A stretch of 63,727 bases of DNA, filler included, from Octopus bimaculoides (GCF_001194135.2; 6 parts of 5 records of this genome joined end to end with filler, not necessarily neighbours in it); one strand, 5' to 3'; numbered from the whole stretch's first letter, positions 12,341 to 27,229 are shown. Numbers and translations: made by a program. Notes: generated by a model from the letters alone, not told the origin.

Positions 12341-13238
12341 GTAAAAAATCTTAAACACAGCCTAAGCATAAAGTAATCTTTCTCTGAATAATTCGTACTT
12401 ATGGATAACATTTATATATATATTCAGGGGTATACTCGAGAGACGTTCCATGAAAGAGTATGAATAGAAATATTAGACATTCAACGTATTTGTGTATTTT
12501 CCTTGTAATATGCATCTATATATTACGTACAAAACGGCACCAGAAGACAGGTGGAAGATTCCACGTTCTCATCAATAATGATACAAATAGCAACCAAACA
12601 CCATATATCTTCTTACCTATTACAAAGATGGAAACGCGCATTGGATAATGCTATATATACAAATCTAAGAAATATATGAGAAAGGACGAAACGTTCACTC
12701 ATGGTAATTTTTTGTTTGCATTTGAAATAGATCAAAACACGCTTGTGGCATAGGCAACAAGCATAAAGAATTTAAATGACCACCATATTACTAAGAATGT
12801 TTTCTCAAAGTTAGCGTGTTGATAGATCAAATATATTTATCTCCTCAGTTGCCAGGAATCAGGTAACTCGCCACCAGAAGTATATCCATCGACAAAAAGA
12901 GGCAATATAATCTGTACGCACTTTTGTAGAAAAATAAAATCCTCTGTATTAAATGGCGAATTTAAAGTATAGGAAGACTGAAAAATACAATTATAGCTAC
13001 ACACAGCCCACATATATATGTGTGCCTGCATTAACCAGAAAAGGACTTGAAAATTTCTGAACATCCCTTCTAGTCTTATCGTAGGATTTCACACTGGAAT
13101 CACTATAGAAGAATGTCTTTATACATACATAGATACGTAGATACATACATACATACATACACACAAACATATGCACATGCATATGTGTGTGTGCCTCTGT
13201 GTGTGTGTGTGTATGTGTATGTGTGTGTGTGTGTGTGT

Positions 13239-13276
<38 letters not shown>

Positions 13277-13814
13277 TCGTATCTACATACCTCTTTATTT
13301 ATGTAACTACCTATCAGGATATTTGTCATCCCCGCAGGGTCTTTCGATGTTTCGCGGGGTGTATTTCCCCTTTAAAACGCATATAGAAGTTCATCTCCGC
13401 AATAGTTTCGACCTGACTACCTCTTGTGACGCTCGTGTATATATATGCATCAGCGATGGTAAAGGAGAAATGTGTAAAGGAAGGATGTATAAAGGAACGA
13501 AGTGATCTTTGCATATACGAATGAGAAATAACAGGTGTTTGAGAAGGTACACCACTTAAATGAACTTGAATAAATACACGCTAGATGGGCACACCCGAGG
13601 AAAGTATTTAAGCATCGACAGTATCCAACAGGATATACGTATAGGTATCTGTGTGTGTGCATATATGTATATATACAAGCGCGCCCGGACACAAATACAC
13701 ACACACACAGATATATATATATATATACATATACATACAAATATATTTATACATATGCATATATATACATCTGCATGTCATATATGTTTATATATATGTA
13801 TATATAGTTATGTA

Positions 13815-13861
<47 letters not shown>

Positions 13862-14771
13862 NNNNNNNNNNNNNNNNNNNNNNNNNNNNNNNNNNNNNNN
13901 NNNNNNNNNNNNNNNNNNNNNNNNNNNNNNNNNNNNNNNNNNNNNNNNNNNNNNNNNNNNNNNNNNNNNNNNNNNNNNNNNNNNNNNNNNNNNNNNNNNN
14001 NNNNNNNNNNNNNNNNNNNNNNNNNNNNNNNNNNNNNNNNNNNNNNNNNNNNNNNNNNNNNNNNNNNNNNNNNNNNNNNNNNNNNNNNNNNNNNNNNNNN
14101 NNNNNNNNNNNNNNNNNNNNNNNNNNNNNNNNNNNNNNNNNNNNNNNNNNNNNNNNNNNNNNNNNNNNNNNNNNNNNNNNNNNNNGGGGGGGGGGAGAAA
14201 CCAAGAGTGAGAAAATAAGACTGAGTAGGAGACAGATACTTAAATTTTCATAGGCTATGGTGTTGCTTGCAGCGTAATGCAGATTAATAATTGAGCTGTG
14301 CAACTGTATTATAATGATGATTTGAAGGTAAAACTCAGTTGATAAACGAGAAGAATCATTTGATTAATTTCACTTTATGGTCCTGGGAGGAATAAGATTA
14401 ATATCGAAATATATTTCGCTAAATGAAAGAGCTCTATGGCCGACACAGAGGGGTTATACATGTATGCGTCTAATGTACTAGATCATGTTGAAATAGCAAA
14501 TAGGTTTCCATATACTGAAATAGTTCGCTTCATAGCAGAATAATTTATGCCTATTTTACTACTCATTCAGTCTCCAGAGTCCACTATTGTCTGAGATGTA
14601 TTTTATACTTGTTTGGTCCCAATGATTATTAATAGATTTTTTTTTCATTAATTTCCTATCGAAACCCTCTGATGCTAGATATCTTTTTATATTTTATATA
14701 AGTGTAATGAATATATATATGTATGTTTGTGTGTGTGTGTTCGCGCGCTTGTACACCAATGTGTATGTGTG

Positions 14772-14854
<83 letters not shown>

Positions 14855-15404
14855 ATATATATATGCACTTCCATACATATATGTAAATGCATATCTATAT
14901 ATATAAATATATCCACATATGTATATATATATATATATATCCGCATATACATATATGTATGTGTGTTATGTATGCATAAATGTATGTAAGTATGTATGAA
15001 TGAATGATGTATACCCGCGGTGATAGACGTACTCAGGCACGGCACATTTATACCAAATATACAACACATATACGAAATATAATGCAGATGAATGATATGA
15101 TTCACTATGAGTTTTTTAATGTAGAAAATATGTCCTGCTAAAATAATTAAAGAATAAACATTATATCTATGCTTCATAATGTATGAGTAAGCGTAGATCA
15201 GAATGGTAATTCCGAGACTTCAATAGCACTTGCATAACAGAATAATTCGTAAGCTGTCTGCAAGAAGCGCATGTACTATCTACAACTATAGTACACACTT
15301 TGGACAGCTAAATTATTGTAATAAATGAAAGTGGGACAAATTCAAACAAATAAAAATTCCAATCATAGTACAAACACCGTATGCTTTATATTTTTATTCA
15401 TTCC

Positions 15405-16075
15405 TTTAAACGGTTCTCTTTGTGACTTGTGGCACTTGAGCCGACAGCAAGATCATTCCACCTTCTAACGCTGAGAGCCCCCTTGACAGCTTGTTACAGT
15501 GTTAAACCTCTGCTTTTAAGATCTTTTGTTATTGTTCTCCGCCACGTCTCTTTTGGTCGGTCATATTTTCTTTTAACTTTTGGAACCCATTGCGAAGCAA
15601 TCGTGACATTTGTGGTCAGTTTATATTGACAAACTCGACCCAGTTATTTCCGTCTTCTTGCTTCAATAGTTTCTCCTATTGGTTTCACGTTAACCTTGGG
15701 TTGCTGTTGGCTATTCTAGATCATATTCAGCCAGTGGACCTTAAAACTTTTTCGTAAACATTTATTTCGAAGCACCTCCAATTACTTTTCAATACCTTTG
15801 ATTATTTTCCATCATTCGGATCCATAGAAGATGGTGCTAAATATGTTGCTTTTCCAAAATCATATTTTAGCGCTCTTACTAAGCATTGATGATATCCATA
15901 TGGAGTTAAACATTCCAAACGGTTGTTTGGTTTTGCTGATTCTTGTATTGGTTTCGTGAATGCAGTCTCCATCGATTGTTATTTTGGTACCTTGATAGTT
16001 AAAAGGATCAATGCTTGAATTAAAGTGACCAATTTCAAGACCTGTCCATATATCCTTGTCTGCCAATGTATCTGG
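15405..16075 (-). mobile_element. RTE-clade LINE, 3' RT/C-terminal remnant
   Basis: FNYQGTKITIDGDC..E..TRISK...F....IW.S..LS...K; IFYGSE*W; CLRK..KVHW; QWVPKVKRKYDRPKETWRRTITKDL..RGLT; multiple stops. Confidence 0.88.
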
Positions 16076-16119
16076 ACATGTATTTTAATTCTTTTAAACG
16101 TTTCATCCCTAAGGCTGTG

Positions 16120-16156
<37 letters not shown>

Positions 16157-16548
16157 GCTATTCAGAGCGTATCAAACCCTATCTCATCGCACAACGTGTG
16201 TAGTAGCATTTCTTCCCTACATTGCTTTACTCCCAATGTTCAAATTCTGCTTAGTTCGACTTCACCTTTAATCTATAATCGATTTCCCTAAAATTGTTGA
16301 CATTGTGAGAAAGATTTGAAGACATCTTTTATATATTTTTCCATACTCATATCCAAATACTGAGCGTGAATAAAATAGTTTCGATATCTATGACGACAGG
16401 AAGCAAGTAAATTGTGTTGGCAATTTTTTGGCATTTCAGTCTGAAACTGATAAAATATTTTTCCACGCCGGTTTAGAATATATGATGCACGCATTTATAT
16501 TGAATTGTATTTTTACACTTGTGTGAAATCAACAACAAAAATACGTGA

Positions 16549-16617
<69 letters not shown>

Positions 16618-17236
16618 TGTTTAATTGTGCATGTATATTTGTTTGTGTACGTCATTTATGTTCTGAACTTCTGAAGACTAAAGCCTTGTCTGTGCCTGTA
16701 CAAAAACATTCAGCTATGTAAGCTTATTTTTCTCTATATGTATTCTTATTCCATCTTTATTTCTCAATTATTACTTGAAAAATAATTACAATAGTTTTTA
16801 CTTACGTTTTATGTAAAAAAAAAAAGTCTCTGTCTCACTTTGTTTTCTCCCCCCCCCTCTGTGTAGTTCTATGATCGATGTATCTTTCCGTCTTATGTTC
16901 GTTCCGGTGTTTACCGCACTATAAATCTTGCACAATATTTATTCATTTCACACAATCAACATTTACCATTCAAATAGGAGAAATTATGATAATAATACAG
17001 TGAGTTGTCAATGGCAACGATTATGTTGGTTCTGTGAATATCTTAGCTACAAAGTAAATCTAGATCACTGATTAATAATTAACATGGTAGCCGACATCTG
17101 CGCTTCGGTTTTCACTACATCACAGAAATTAGAAGTATTTCGCGGAAAAATTGTGTATCAAATCACAACGCTAGCAATTTCATTAGCAGAAGTAGTTTTT
17201 AACTGTGCTTGTAAAGGTTTTTATCTACCTACCTAC

Positions 17237-17285
<49 letters not shown>

Positions 17286-17970
17286 ATCATGGACGGACGG
17301 TAGACACATCGGCTCCCATGTAAGTTGCATTTTTCACCTCTTAAAAGACCTATTTTGTTTTAAAATTTTGTATAAGTTGTGTATAACACAAAATACTTCG
17401 TGAACATATATTTTTCAAATCAGAAATAGCTCTATTTAGAGCCTTATTTCCAAAAATTCAAACATATCTTCCTCGTTCCTAGCCATATTCTTTAAAACGA
17501 ATATGGCTAAGGTTTTCAACGAGGCCGACTTCCCGCTCCTAATGCCAGAGGCNNNNNNNNNNNNNNNNNNNNNNNNNNNNNNNNNNNNNNNNNNNNTTAA
17601 TTAATTAANNNNNNNNNNNNNNNNNNNNNNNNNNNNNNNNNNNNNNNNNNNNATCTGCGTCTGATCGATAATCCTGTGGACCATATGTAGTTCTCGTGGC
17701 AGCCCGTGCATCTTATTACATAAATAAGGTTTTATGAGGCACAAGTAAAGTTAGATTTAACTTTGAATTTGTGTCCCTCTTTGAAGGGGAATTCTGAACC
17801 TTCTAGAATGTTTGGGCATGTTGCACAATTTGGTCGACCACATTTTTTTACTTACGCATCTGTTATTTTGGAAAATATTTTTGCCTTTGTGACCATCTTT
17901 TTTCAGTGATTTTGGTTGTTTGTGGCTTTTAATGATTTTGTGTGTGTGTAAAATTATTTTATGTGTTTGT

Positions 17971-18120
17971 GGCATTTGACTGCGGTGTACCGCCTTTGAT
18001 TCAATAAATCTACCCCATGACTTATTCTTCGTATTTTTGCCGAAACGGTTAGATGCAGGGACGCAAACAAACTAGTATCGGTTGTCAAGTGATTATGGGG
18101 AGACAAGCACAGACAAACAA
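17971..18120 (-). mobile_element. SINE family C, 3' part, degenerate
   Basis: CATTTGACTGCGG..TACCGCCTTT...GGTTGTCAAG matches the reverse complement of 49427-49818. Confidence 0.7.
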
Positions 18121-18146
18121 ATTCTCACGCACTGACAGACACAGAT

Positions 18147-18214
<68 letters not shown>

Positions 18215-18834
18215 NNNNNNNNNNNNNNNNNNNNNNNNNNNNNNNNNNNNNNNNNNNNNNNNNNNNNNNNNNNNNNNNNNNNNNNNNNNNNNNNNNNNNN
18301 NNNNNNNNNNNNNNNNNNNNNNNNNNNNNNNNNNNNNNNNNNNNNNNNNNNNNNNNNNNNNNNNNNNNNNNNNNNNNNNNNNNNNNNNNNNNNNNNNNNN
18401 NNNNNNNNNNNNNNNNNNNNNNNNNNNNNNNNNNNNNNNNNNNNNNNNNNNNNNNNNNNNNNNNNNNNNNNNNNNNNNNNNNNNNNNNNNNNNNNNNNNN
18501 NNNNNNNNNNNNNNNNNNNNNNNNNNNNNNNNNNNNNNNNNNNNNNNNNNNNNNNNNNNNNNNNNNNNNNNNNNNNNNNNNNNNNNNNNNNNNNNNNNNN
18601 NNNNNNNNNNNNNNNNNNNNNNNNNNNNNNNNNNNNNNNNNNNNNNNNNNNNNNNNNNNNNNNNNNNNNNNNNNNNNNNNNNNNNNNNNNNNNNNNNNNN
18701 NNNNNNNNNNNNNNNNNNNNNNNNNNNNNNNNNNNNNNNNNNNNNNNNNNNNNNNNNNNNNNNNNNNNNNNNNNNNNNNNNNNNNNNNNNNNNNNNNNNN
18801 NNNNNNNNNNNNNNNNNNNNNNNNNNNNNNNNNN

Positions 18835-18878
<44 letters not shown>

Positions 18879-19791
18879 TCATTTATGAGTGTCTGTATGT
18901 GTATTTCGACATTTTCTATTTGCATTTCTTCTGTTCACGTAGTATATGATTCCCTTTTCCTTCAGACAGTTAATGTATGATATACACAGGGACAGTCTAA
19001 TGTAATATATTTTGTTACAGAATCTGAATAGTGAGTACTCTGAGTGGTGTACGTGCTCTGAATATATTTACCACAATACCAATACTGTTCTTCTCATTGC
19101 TATTAATGCTGATACCTTGGATCGATACACTATTACATTAACTGCATGTAACTAATGTATTAGTCACATGCTATTCAGTGGACAGGAAGTGCCCTTTCCA
19201 CCGTTGTATTCAGTAGATTGATTTAATCTGTGTTTAGTTTTGTCTGTACTTCTATTTCTTTGGATTCTGAACGTTTCGACGTTATCACTGGCGTTATTTC
19301 ATTTATTTATTATTTTTTATTTATTTATTGTCGAATAACTTGAGTTTAACCTTTGATTGTTTAGAAAATGGTCTTTTTATCAACGTTAGAAATGTTCCTG
19401 CTTTTTCTGACACTACTTTCCTAATGCTGTATAGAGTGAACCAGAATACTTCCTTATTTGAGTTTTTATTGAAGACAACATATAATCAGTGCATTATTGA
19501 AGTATTGCGCAACGTAACTAAATGTGTTTTCTCTTGTTTCTTTTTTCTTTTCTTTTGTCTTGTTTTTCATTTTGGCTTGCCGGCGGTTACATCAGATATT
19601 GATTTGTGGAAGATGTTGGCTATACATTTTTATAAATGGTATAGATAAAATTTCTATTATTAAGTATATTTTCGATTTCGTGTCTATATGGATGACATCT
19701 TCTTTTCACTAGGTAAAGAGTGACTAATAAAACGCCTACGACAGACGGAGTAATGTTCGTAATAATTATGATTAAATATTTCCTAAATTTA

Positions 19792-19995
19792 CGGCAGCAA
19801 GCTGGCTGCCTCGTTAGCACGCCAAGCAAAATGATAAGCGCCATTTCGTTTTCTTTACGCCCTAAGTCAAATGCCAACAAATCGTCTTCGCCTTTCTTCG
19901 TTTGGGAATCAACAAAATAAGTACTGGAGTAGATGTCGACGATTACCTCACCCGAACTCATGAAATTTCTGACTTTGAGCCATATTGTGGAATCA
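19792..19995 (+). mobile_element. SINE family A, degenerate
   Basis: GGCAGCAAGCTGGC..CGTTAGCACGCC..AAATG..AGCG..ATTTCGT...AAAATAAGTACT. Confidence 0.75.
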
Positions 19996-20248
19996 ATATT
20001 TCCTAAATTTGTATAAACTGTTGCCATTATTCATAAATTTCTCTATTTTTAATTCATGTATGTACAAAAGGCGTGCATTCGGACTCATATCCTCGTGGTA
20101 ACACTCAATGTTTCATAACATTTTGATTTTACAGTTCTATATTTAAGAGATGAGGAATTATTTACATTATTTTCATTTGACGGATATTTCTCCTCATTTT
20201 GTTTGTTGTTAACACAACTTTTCGGCTGATATGCCCACGGGCATGACA

Positions 20249-20306
<58 letters not shown>

Positions 20307-20320
20307 TAATAATAATAACC

Positions 20321-20382
<62 letters not shown>

Positions 20383-20384
<2 letters not shown>

Positions 20385-20708
20385 CCCGGGTCAGTACCAG
20401 GCAGTAGCTCTCATGGCTTCTGATCTTAATTGATTGGAAGTGTTATTATATATATTGTTTTGTCTTAGTATAAAAGATGGGCTGCAGCAAATATTCTACT
20501 CAATACCACAAATTTACTTGTCAGTTGTTTGATCTTAACCAGTTGAACATGTCCCTTGGTGGCTTACGATACGTGCATCTCTGATCACGAGCAGAAATAG
20601 TGGGGGCGCACCATGGCCGAGTGTTGAGAGGAATTCTTTCGGGTTTGAATAATTGACCGTGGGAAACATGGGTGCTTTGCTGAACATCCTTAAACAGACC
20701 TTATTCAA
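20383..20708 (-). mobile_element. Interspersed SINE-like repeat family B, copy 2, with long (TAT)n tail at 20250-20380
   Basis: Aligns to 6411-6714. Confidence 0.8.
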
Positions 20709-21909
20709 TCTTTGGATCTTATAAGGCATACATACATACATACGTACATACATACACACATACATACCTACCTACATACATACATACATACATACATACA
20801 TACATACGTGTATCTTTAAACATATATGAAATTAATGAGTTTATTTATATACTATTTCTTCTCTTCTGAGGAGCGAATGTTAGAGTTGTTGCATTTCGGT
20901 CGTACTGCATTACACTTGAATATCTTGGGTCACGACGTTTCTATATAGAATGTTATCTCCGGACGAATACCGCAGTAACTTACACCTGAATGTTTTGTGT
21001 ACAGGGGGCAATATTAAATATAATACTGCTTCATTTGCATATACTGGCTGAAAACATCAATTTTATGTACATCACAATGTAATAAGAATATACCCAATAG
21101 AAGATACATATATAGTAATATCCTTTTAAACCATAACATATGCACATATATAAATACGTAGAATGTAAACAACACGCTCATAGATGATACGTTTAATTAA
21201 AAACACAAGTCCTACAATCTAATTAATCTTTGCATGTTTCGCAGACCTTGTACAATTAAATATTTATCAAAAGTATATCAGGCGTTTACGGATCCAATTC
21301 TATACTCGTAGCTTACAAATATTGGATCCAACGAGTCTAAAACGCTAGGATTATTGTACGACGCAAAGCGATTAATTGAACGTTATGTCTTCTTTATAGT
21401 ATGTGTTATGTAATGCAAGGTAAACTGTGATTCATAACACGCTAGATATCCTAAAGTATTACATTATTTTAAAGAAAGTTTTCTTTTCTTCTGTCCTTTG
21501 ACAGAATGATGATCTATCTTAATATCAAACCAATTAAGATACTCGTCAGACAAGGCGAGTTAGTTGTATATCCGGGTCTGATACGTATTGCCAATAATCT
21601 TATTTTGGAGCAAATTATATTGAATATGTTTGATATATATTGATATCTCTGTGATCAGAACGAAACGAGACTTCACGCTTGTTACCTAGAAATATCTGAT
21701 TAGTCTAACTTGGAAACTGAGTTTCTTCCTCGTCGCGAACAAAGATGAATATTGCATCATAACCCAGTTGTGGTACTCTCACAAATACAATAACAGTCAC
21801 GTTGATAAGCATGTATTCGTGCGTGTGCGCGATTTATGAAATACTCCAGCTCCAACCTTCGATTACGAGAAGAAGGCACATTCTTAAGGAAACCAAAGTC
21901 ATTAATTCC

Positions 21910-21962
<53 letters not shown>

Positions 21963-21971
21963 GGTATACAC

Positions 21972-22003
<32 letters not shown>

Positions 22004-23477
22004 TCTCTTTTACCCAAAACCAAAGACTGTCCAAAGCCATCTCGTATATGTGTGTATGTATGTGTATATATATATATATATATATGCCTTCTACCTGTAT
22101 TAGAAAAAAGTCAAAAATTTACGAGGAATGCTGTACGGAGAGGAATAGCTGATTATGTCCACAAAATGTGTCTGGTGCTCGCTGTATGGCCTGTGGAATG
22201 ATTAATGATTGACATTGACCAAGGCATGATGTTATAGAGCCAACGAATACATGACAAGATATTTTATCTGATGCTCTTCGAATCTTAGCGCTCCACCATA
22301 TTAGAAATTTCGTTTCACTAAAACGCACATAAATAAGCGAAAATACTAATGGCCGTCTTTAAAAGTAAAAACAAACACACACAAAAGAAAGAAAAAAAAA
22401 CAACTGCAAAACAATAAGACACCAAACTAAAAAAAAAGCAACACTAAATATACTCTTAATAATTTCTAAAAGCTATCAAAATAAACAAACAAAAACCCGT
22501 TTGTTTCCAACCATCTATATTTCTTCACGAGATTCCTCTCCGCCACTAACACAGTCCTCTATTTTGAATCTAAACAAACCAGTAAAACAGTAACTTAGTG
22601 TGATTATGAAAAAAAGCCAACTCAGCTATAGTACAACACCGCAGAACAATAGTATATTATGATAGTAAGAAAGACAAATAAAACTTTCGTTTGAAGATGA
22701 GAAACAAAACAATCTAAACAAACAATTACAACCACAACAACCTAGCTTGTATTATACAAAACAAGAATCTAACACACATTTAATTGATTGTATTACTAAA
22801 CTCTGATTTCGTTTCGTCTTTTTTTTTTCTTTCTCCTTTTAGAACCTACTCGTTTATTTCTTCTCTCTTCACTATCTCTGTCTTTCTCTTTCACACAATG
22901 CATGTATATATATATATATATATACATACATACATACATATATATATATATANNNNNNNNNNNNNNNNNNNNNNNNNNNNNNNNNNNNNNNNNNNNNNNN
23001 NNNNNNNNNNNNNNNNNNNNNNNNNNNNNNNNNNNNNNNNNNNNNNNNNNNNNNNNNNNNNNNNNNNNNNNNNNNNNNNNNNNNNNNNNNNNNNNNNNNN
23101 NNNNNNNNNNNNNNNNNNNNNNNNNNNNNNNNNNNNNNNNNNNNNNNNNNNNNNNNNNNNNNNNNNNNNNNNNNNNNNNNNNNNNNNNNNNNNNNNNNNN
23201 NNNNNNNNNNNNNNNNNNNNNNNNNNNNNNNNNNNNNNNNNNNNNNNNNNNNNNNNNNNNNNNNNNNNNNNNNNNNNNNNNNNNNNNNNNNNNNNNNNNN
23301 NNNNNNNNNNNNNNNNNNNNNNNNNNNNNNNNNNNNNNNNNNNNNNNNNNNNNNNNNNNNNNNNNNNNNNNNNNNNNNNNNNNNNNNNNNNNNNNNNNNN
23401 NNNNNNNNNNNNNNNNNNNNNNNNNNNNNNNNNNNNNNNNNNNNNNNNNNNNNNNNNNNNNNNNNNNNNNNNNNNNN

Positions 23478-23520
<43 letters not shown>

Positions 23521-24395
23521 TACACACACTCATATATACGTGTGTTTCTGTATGTATGTATACATGTATGCATATTCCACTCTTTTATAATTTACTCACG
23601 CTTTCTCCTCCACTTCTCTCTTCCTCCTCTCGCTCTCCTTCTCTTCATATCTAACTTTGTCGCTCTTTTCCAGCTTTTGTTTCATCTCTTCATTATCGTT
23701 TCCCTTATCAACACGTTTCAATTGATTTGCAATGAATGGCGGCAATAAAATGTGCACTGAGCTTTTATGTTAATACCCTGCATGTCTGCACATGTTGTTG
23801 AAATGCATCCAATGTATACACACCCCACACAATGTTAGTTAAATCAATATACACCTGTCTACCTGCTTGCTGACTGTTTTTTCGCTTTACATTAATTTTT
23901 CATGATTCAGCATAGAGACCATTACTTGATTTATATTAAAGTTTACTTGTTGTTATATTGTGATCAATTATAGTATTATTTATATTTTTTCAAACATGAA
24001 TAAAATATAATAAACAATATAATAATAACAATAATATACAATTCATACGTTCGATTTTATTTGCATAGGAAGCCATTTTGGATGCCATACGAAGCGCATG
24101 CAGAGAAGCACAAATGCGTACACACTTTAAACGAACATAATTATGCGTTACAAACACAATCTCTGCAAGGCATACGCACATACGTACACACACACACGCA
24201 CAGACATACACACGCAGGTACGCACACCACACACAGACACACACACAAATACATTCATATGCATGTTTGAACATGTATAATATGCATATGTATATGTGTG
24301 TATATGTATGTATGCATGTACGTGTGCGTATGTATGTGTGTGTGTTTGTATATGTGCGTGTGCGTATGTGTATGTATGTATAAGCGTGTATGTAG

Positions 24396-24443
<48 letters not shown>

Positions 24444-24849
24444 TTGCGCATTTACTACACTTCCTATTAGAAAATAAAGATCCATGGCAGATTTTTAGAG
24501 ATTTTCAAACAATCAGCACGTGATTCCGATAAATCTCTTGGAATATGAAACCAATGCTGTCAGGATCGGGACTTATTTAGTTTTAATACCAACTGCTGAG
24601 AGCAGCGGGCTTGTCTCGATCTTATTTTGATCTCCACAGGGAGACATTAAGTTCAGTTGCATCGACTTAACTTATATGAACGGATATGAATATCTATCTA
24701 TATAGATACTTATATATTTCGTTTTTGGATTTGGATTGCAACGGTGAGTGTGTTAACTTATAAGGCACTAAAAGAGAATGACTCTCCACAGGCACAATAG
24801 TATATATATATATATATGTGCGTATGTGTGCGTACGTGTGTGTGTGTGG

Positions 24850-24885
<36 letters not shown>

Positions 24886-25084
24886 AGATAAGTATCATGT
24901 TTGTAATTGATACTGAGATATACAGAAATATTAGAAGGTCACAACAGCGGTTATTAATATGTGTGACTCTAATAAACCATATATTTCGTCCTAAATCTAT
25001 CTTGATTTTTAAATAAGCACAAACACCTAGATGTCTTAATATAAATTTTAAATTTCGGCACAAGACCAGCAGTTTCTGGAAAAA

Positions 25085-25257
25085 GGGTTAAGTCGGTTAC
25101 ATCGACTTCAATTCTGAACTGGTACTTAAATTAACGACTTTGAAGAGGCAAAAGGCAAAGACGACCTCAGCGGAATTTGAACTCAGAGCGTGCAGAAAAA
25201 CGAAATGCGCTAAGAATTTTGCCCAGTTTGCCCAACTATTCTACCACAGCGCCGCCT
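25085..25257 (-). mobile_element. SINE family A
   Basis: AAAGGCAAAGACGACCTCAGCGGAATTTGAACTCAGA...GCGCCGCCT. Confidence 0.8.
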
Positions 25258-25287
25258 TCTGATGTTTTAATATTGTTAGTCATTTTA

Positions 25288-25500
25288 AAGCGGTGACCTG
25301 GCAGAATCGTTACCTCGCCGGGCGAAATGCTTAGCGGTATTTCGTCTCTCTTTACGGTCTGAGTTCAAATTCCGCCGAGGTCGACTTTGCCTTTCATTCT
25401 TTCAGGTTGGATAAATGAAGTAAAAGTTGCGTACTGAAGTCGATCTAATCGACTGTCCCCCTCCCCCAAGATTTCGGGCCTTTTGCCTAGAGTAGAAAAG
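25288..25500 (+). mobile_element. SINE family A, well preserved
   Basis: A-box-like TGGCAGAATCG, B box GAGTTCAAATTCC, GTCGACTTTGCCTTTCAT. Confidence 0.88.
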
Positions 25501-26439
25501 ATTTATAGAAACAGTCGATTGATGTGATTTTGCGCAAAAACATTTCAATTCGAAAAGCAGGATTGTTGGGATATTCGAAATCTTTGTTTGTCATGCGCAC
25601 AACATGCATTAATTCTTCAGCTTCTATTTGATCACATTTTCATTATATATTCGAATACACTAGAAGTAGAGCCACAAGGATAATGCTGAAGCGCTCAGCA
25701 TCAAGCTTACTTATATCTAATCTACTGACAAATTTTTGTATTATTTCAGTACTTCAGCTTTTGAATATCCCATTAGTAACAGTTTGTCCGTGCGGCATCT
25801 GCTGCAGGACGTGATATTATTTATATAAATCATCGTAGACTTCAGAAGTATTTTCGCCATGCAAATATTATATATGAATACATAGAGTAATATCTTTCAG
25901 CCAGTAAACTGAAATGTTGCGATCAAAATACTTTCAGTCTCAAAGAAAATATTGTCAACTGTAAACGCTTTCAATAAAAGCCCTGTGAGATTGAAAACAT
26001 GTACAACTTGGCACTTCCCAACATCCAACAACTTAATCATTTTAAATACAATGGGTTTGACACAATGTGAATTTGCTGGGAGCAATTTCCTATCGAAGAA
26101 ATGGCAGAGAACCTGTTGGAATTTACATCCTTACTGATCGCTGGAAACATTCGATTTAGCTTTTCCGACAGAGCTCAAAAATACTTCAATTAGACATGTC
26201 AGGTCGGTTAGGACACTCGAAAATGGAATGATGCTGCATGCATATAGTCAGCATGAAGAGGGAAAATGTGTATCTGTAATCAATCGAGGAATCTCATTTC
26301 TATATACAACAAGTAAATCATTTACCTTTTAACGTCCAACTGGCACTTTAAGTGCAGAATACAATAAAATAATCATTACTAATGTTGTCACAAGGTAAAA
26401 TAAAGGTTAGGAAAATAAACAGACGAAAATATCAATACT

Positions 26440-26510
26440 GTTGCCTCACTGATTTATCGAACTCGGGAGAATGAATAGCAATCCAACTTCGGAGGAACTT
26501 TGACTCAGAT
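26440..26510 (-). mobile_element. SINE family A fragment, old
   Basis: ATTTATCGAACTCGGGAGAATGAATAGCAATCCAACTTCGGAGGAACTTTGACTCAGA. Confidence 0.5.
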
Positions 26511-27229
26511 TCTACAAATACGTAGATACTACAGGCAACTGTGCTACATATTATCACAGATTTTGTTAATATAGCACCTTTATGAATGAATAAATAGCTC
26601 GCTTTCATAAAATATATATTTAGTGGAGATGTTAGTCTGCTTCAGACAATTCCAGAAATACGACGGCGAAGAAAGATCCAAGAGCCTGAAATATGTTGAC
26701 GTAGTTAAATCAAAGTGAAAAATGTTTGGTTAATGAAATATGGTTATCTTGAGAATTTCAGATCGTTATCAGAGGCATTTGGCACTGTAGTAAGTAGAAG
26801 GAAGACATCTCGATTTCGGGGTCATGCTGAACGTATTTTTGCATTAACGATTGTTAAACACGGATGTGTATTGACAACTGTGTCATTACTCATCTACTCG
26901 CATTAGTACCAAACATGTCTTCTCATGATCGTGCGGGGGGAACTAATGAGCAGTCCCAGAAAATTTCAGGTCTCAACATTAATTACAGTTTTTTGTCGAA
27001 AAAGACAAAAGGAAAAAAATAAATAAAGAAAGAAAGAAAATTTAACTTCTTCCTTTTACGAGAAGTTCCCTAAACAGATCAGGGTAACCGCGTCCCATAA
27101 ACTACATAGCACATAAGAAACGTGGATTTATAGTCCACTCGAAATAAAACATTATCAGAAGATAAGCACTGGAAATACAGAAATTTTGTTGACAATCAAA
27201 CTCTAGCTGAATCTATGGAGAACAAAGTT

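Noticed and set aside
19620-20027. 135-aa minus ORF resembling a SEA-like domain plus TM helix and KRR
   Set aside because: Its core (19792-19995) is the antisense of a degenerate SINE-A copy, so the resemblance is coincidental.
25900-26200. NLALPNIQQLNH resembling the L1/Tx1 GGL.LP motif
   Set aside because: Single weak motif among many stops; cannot be supported without a search.
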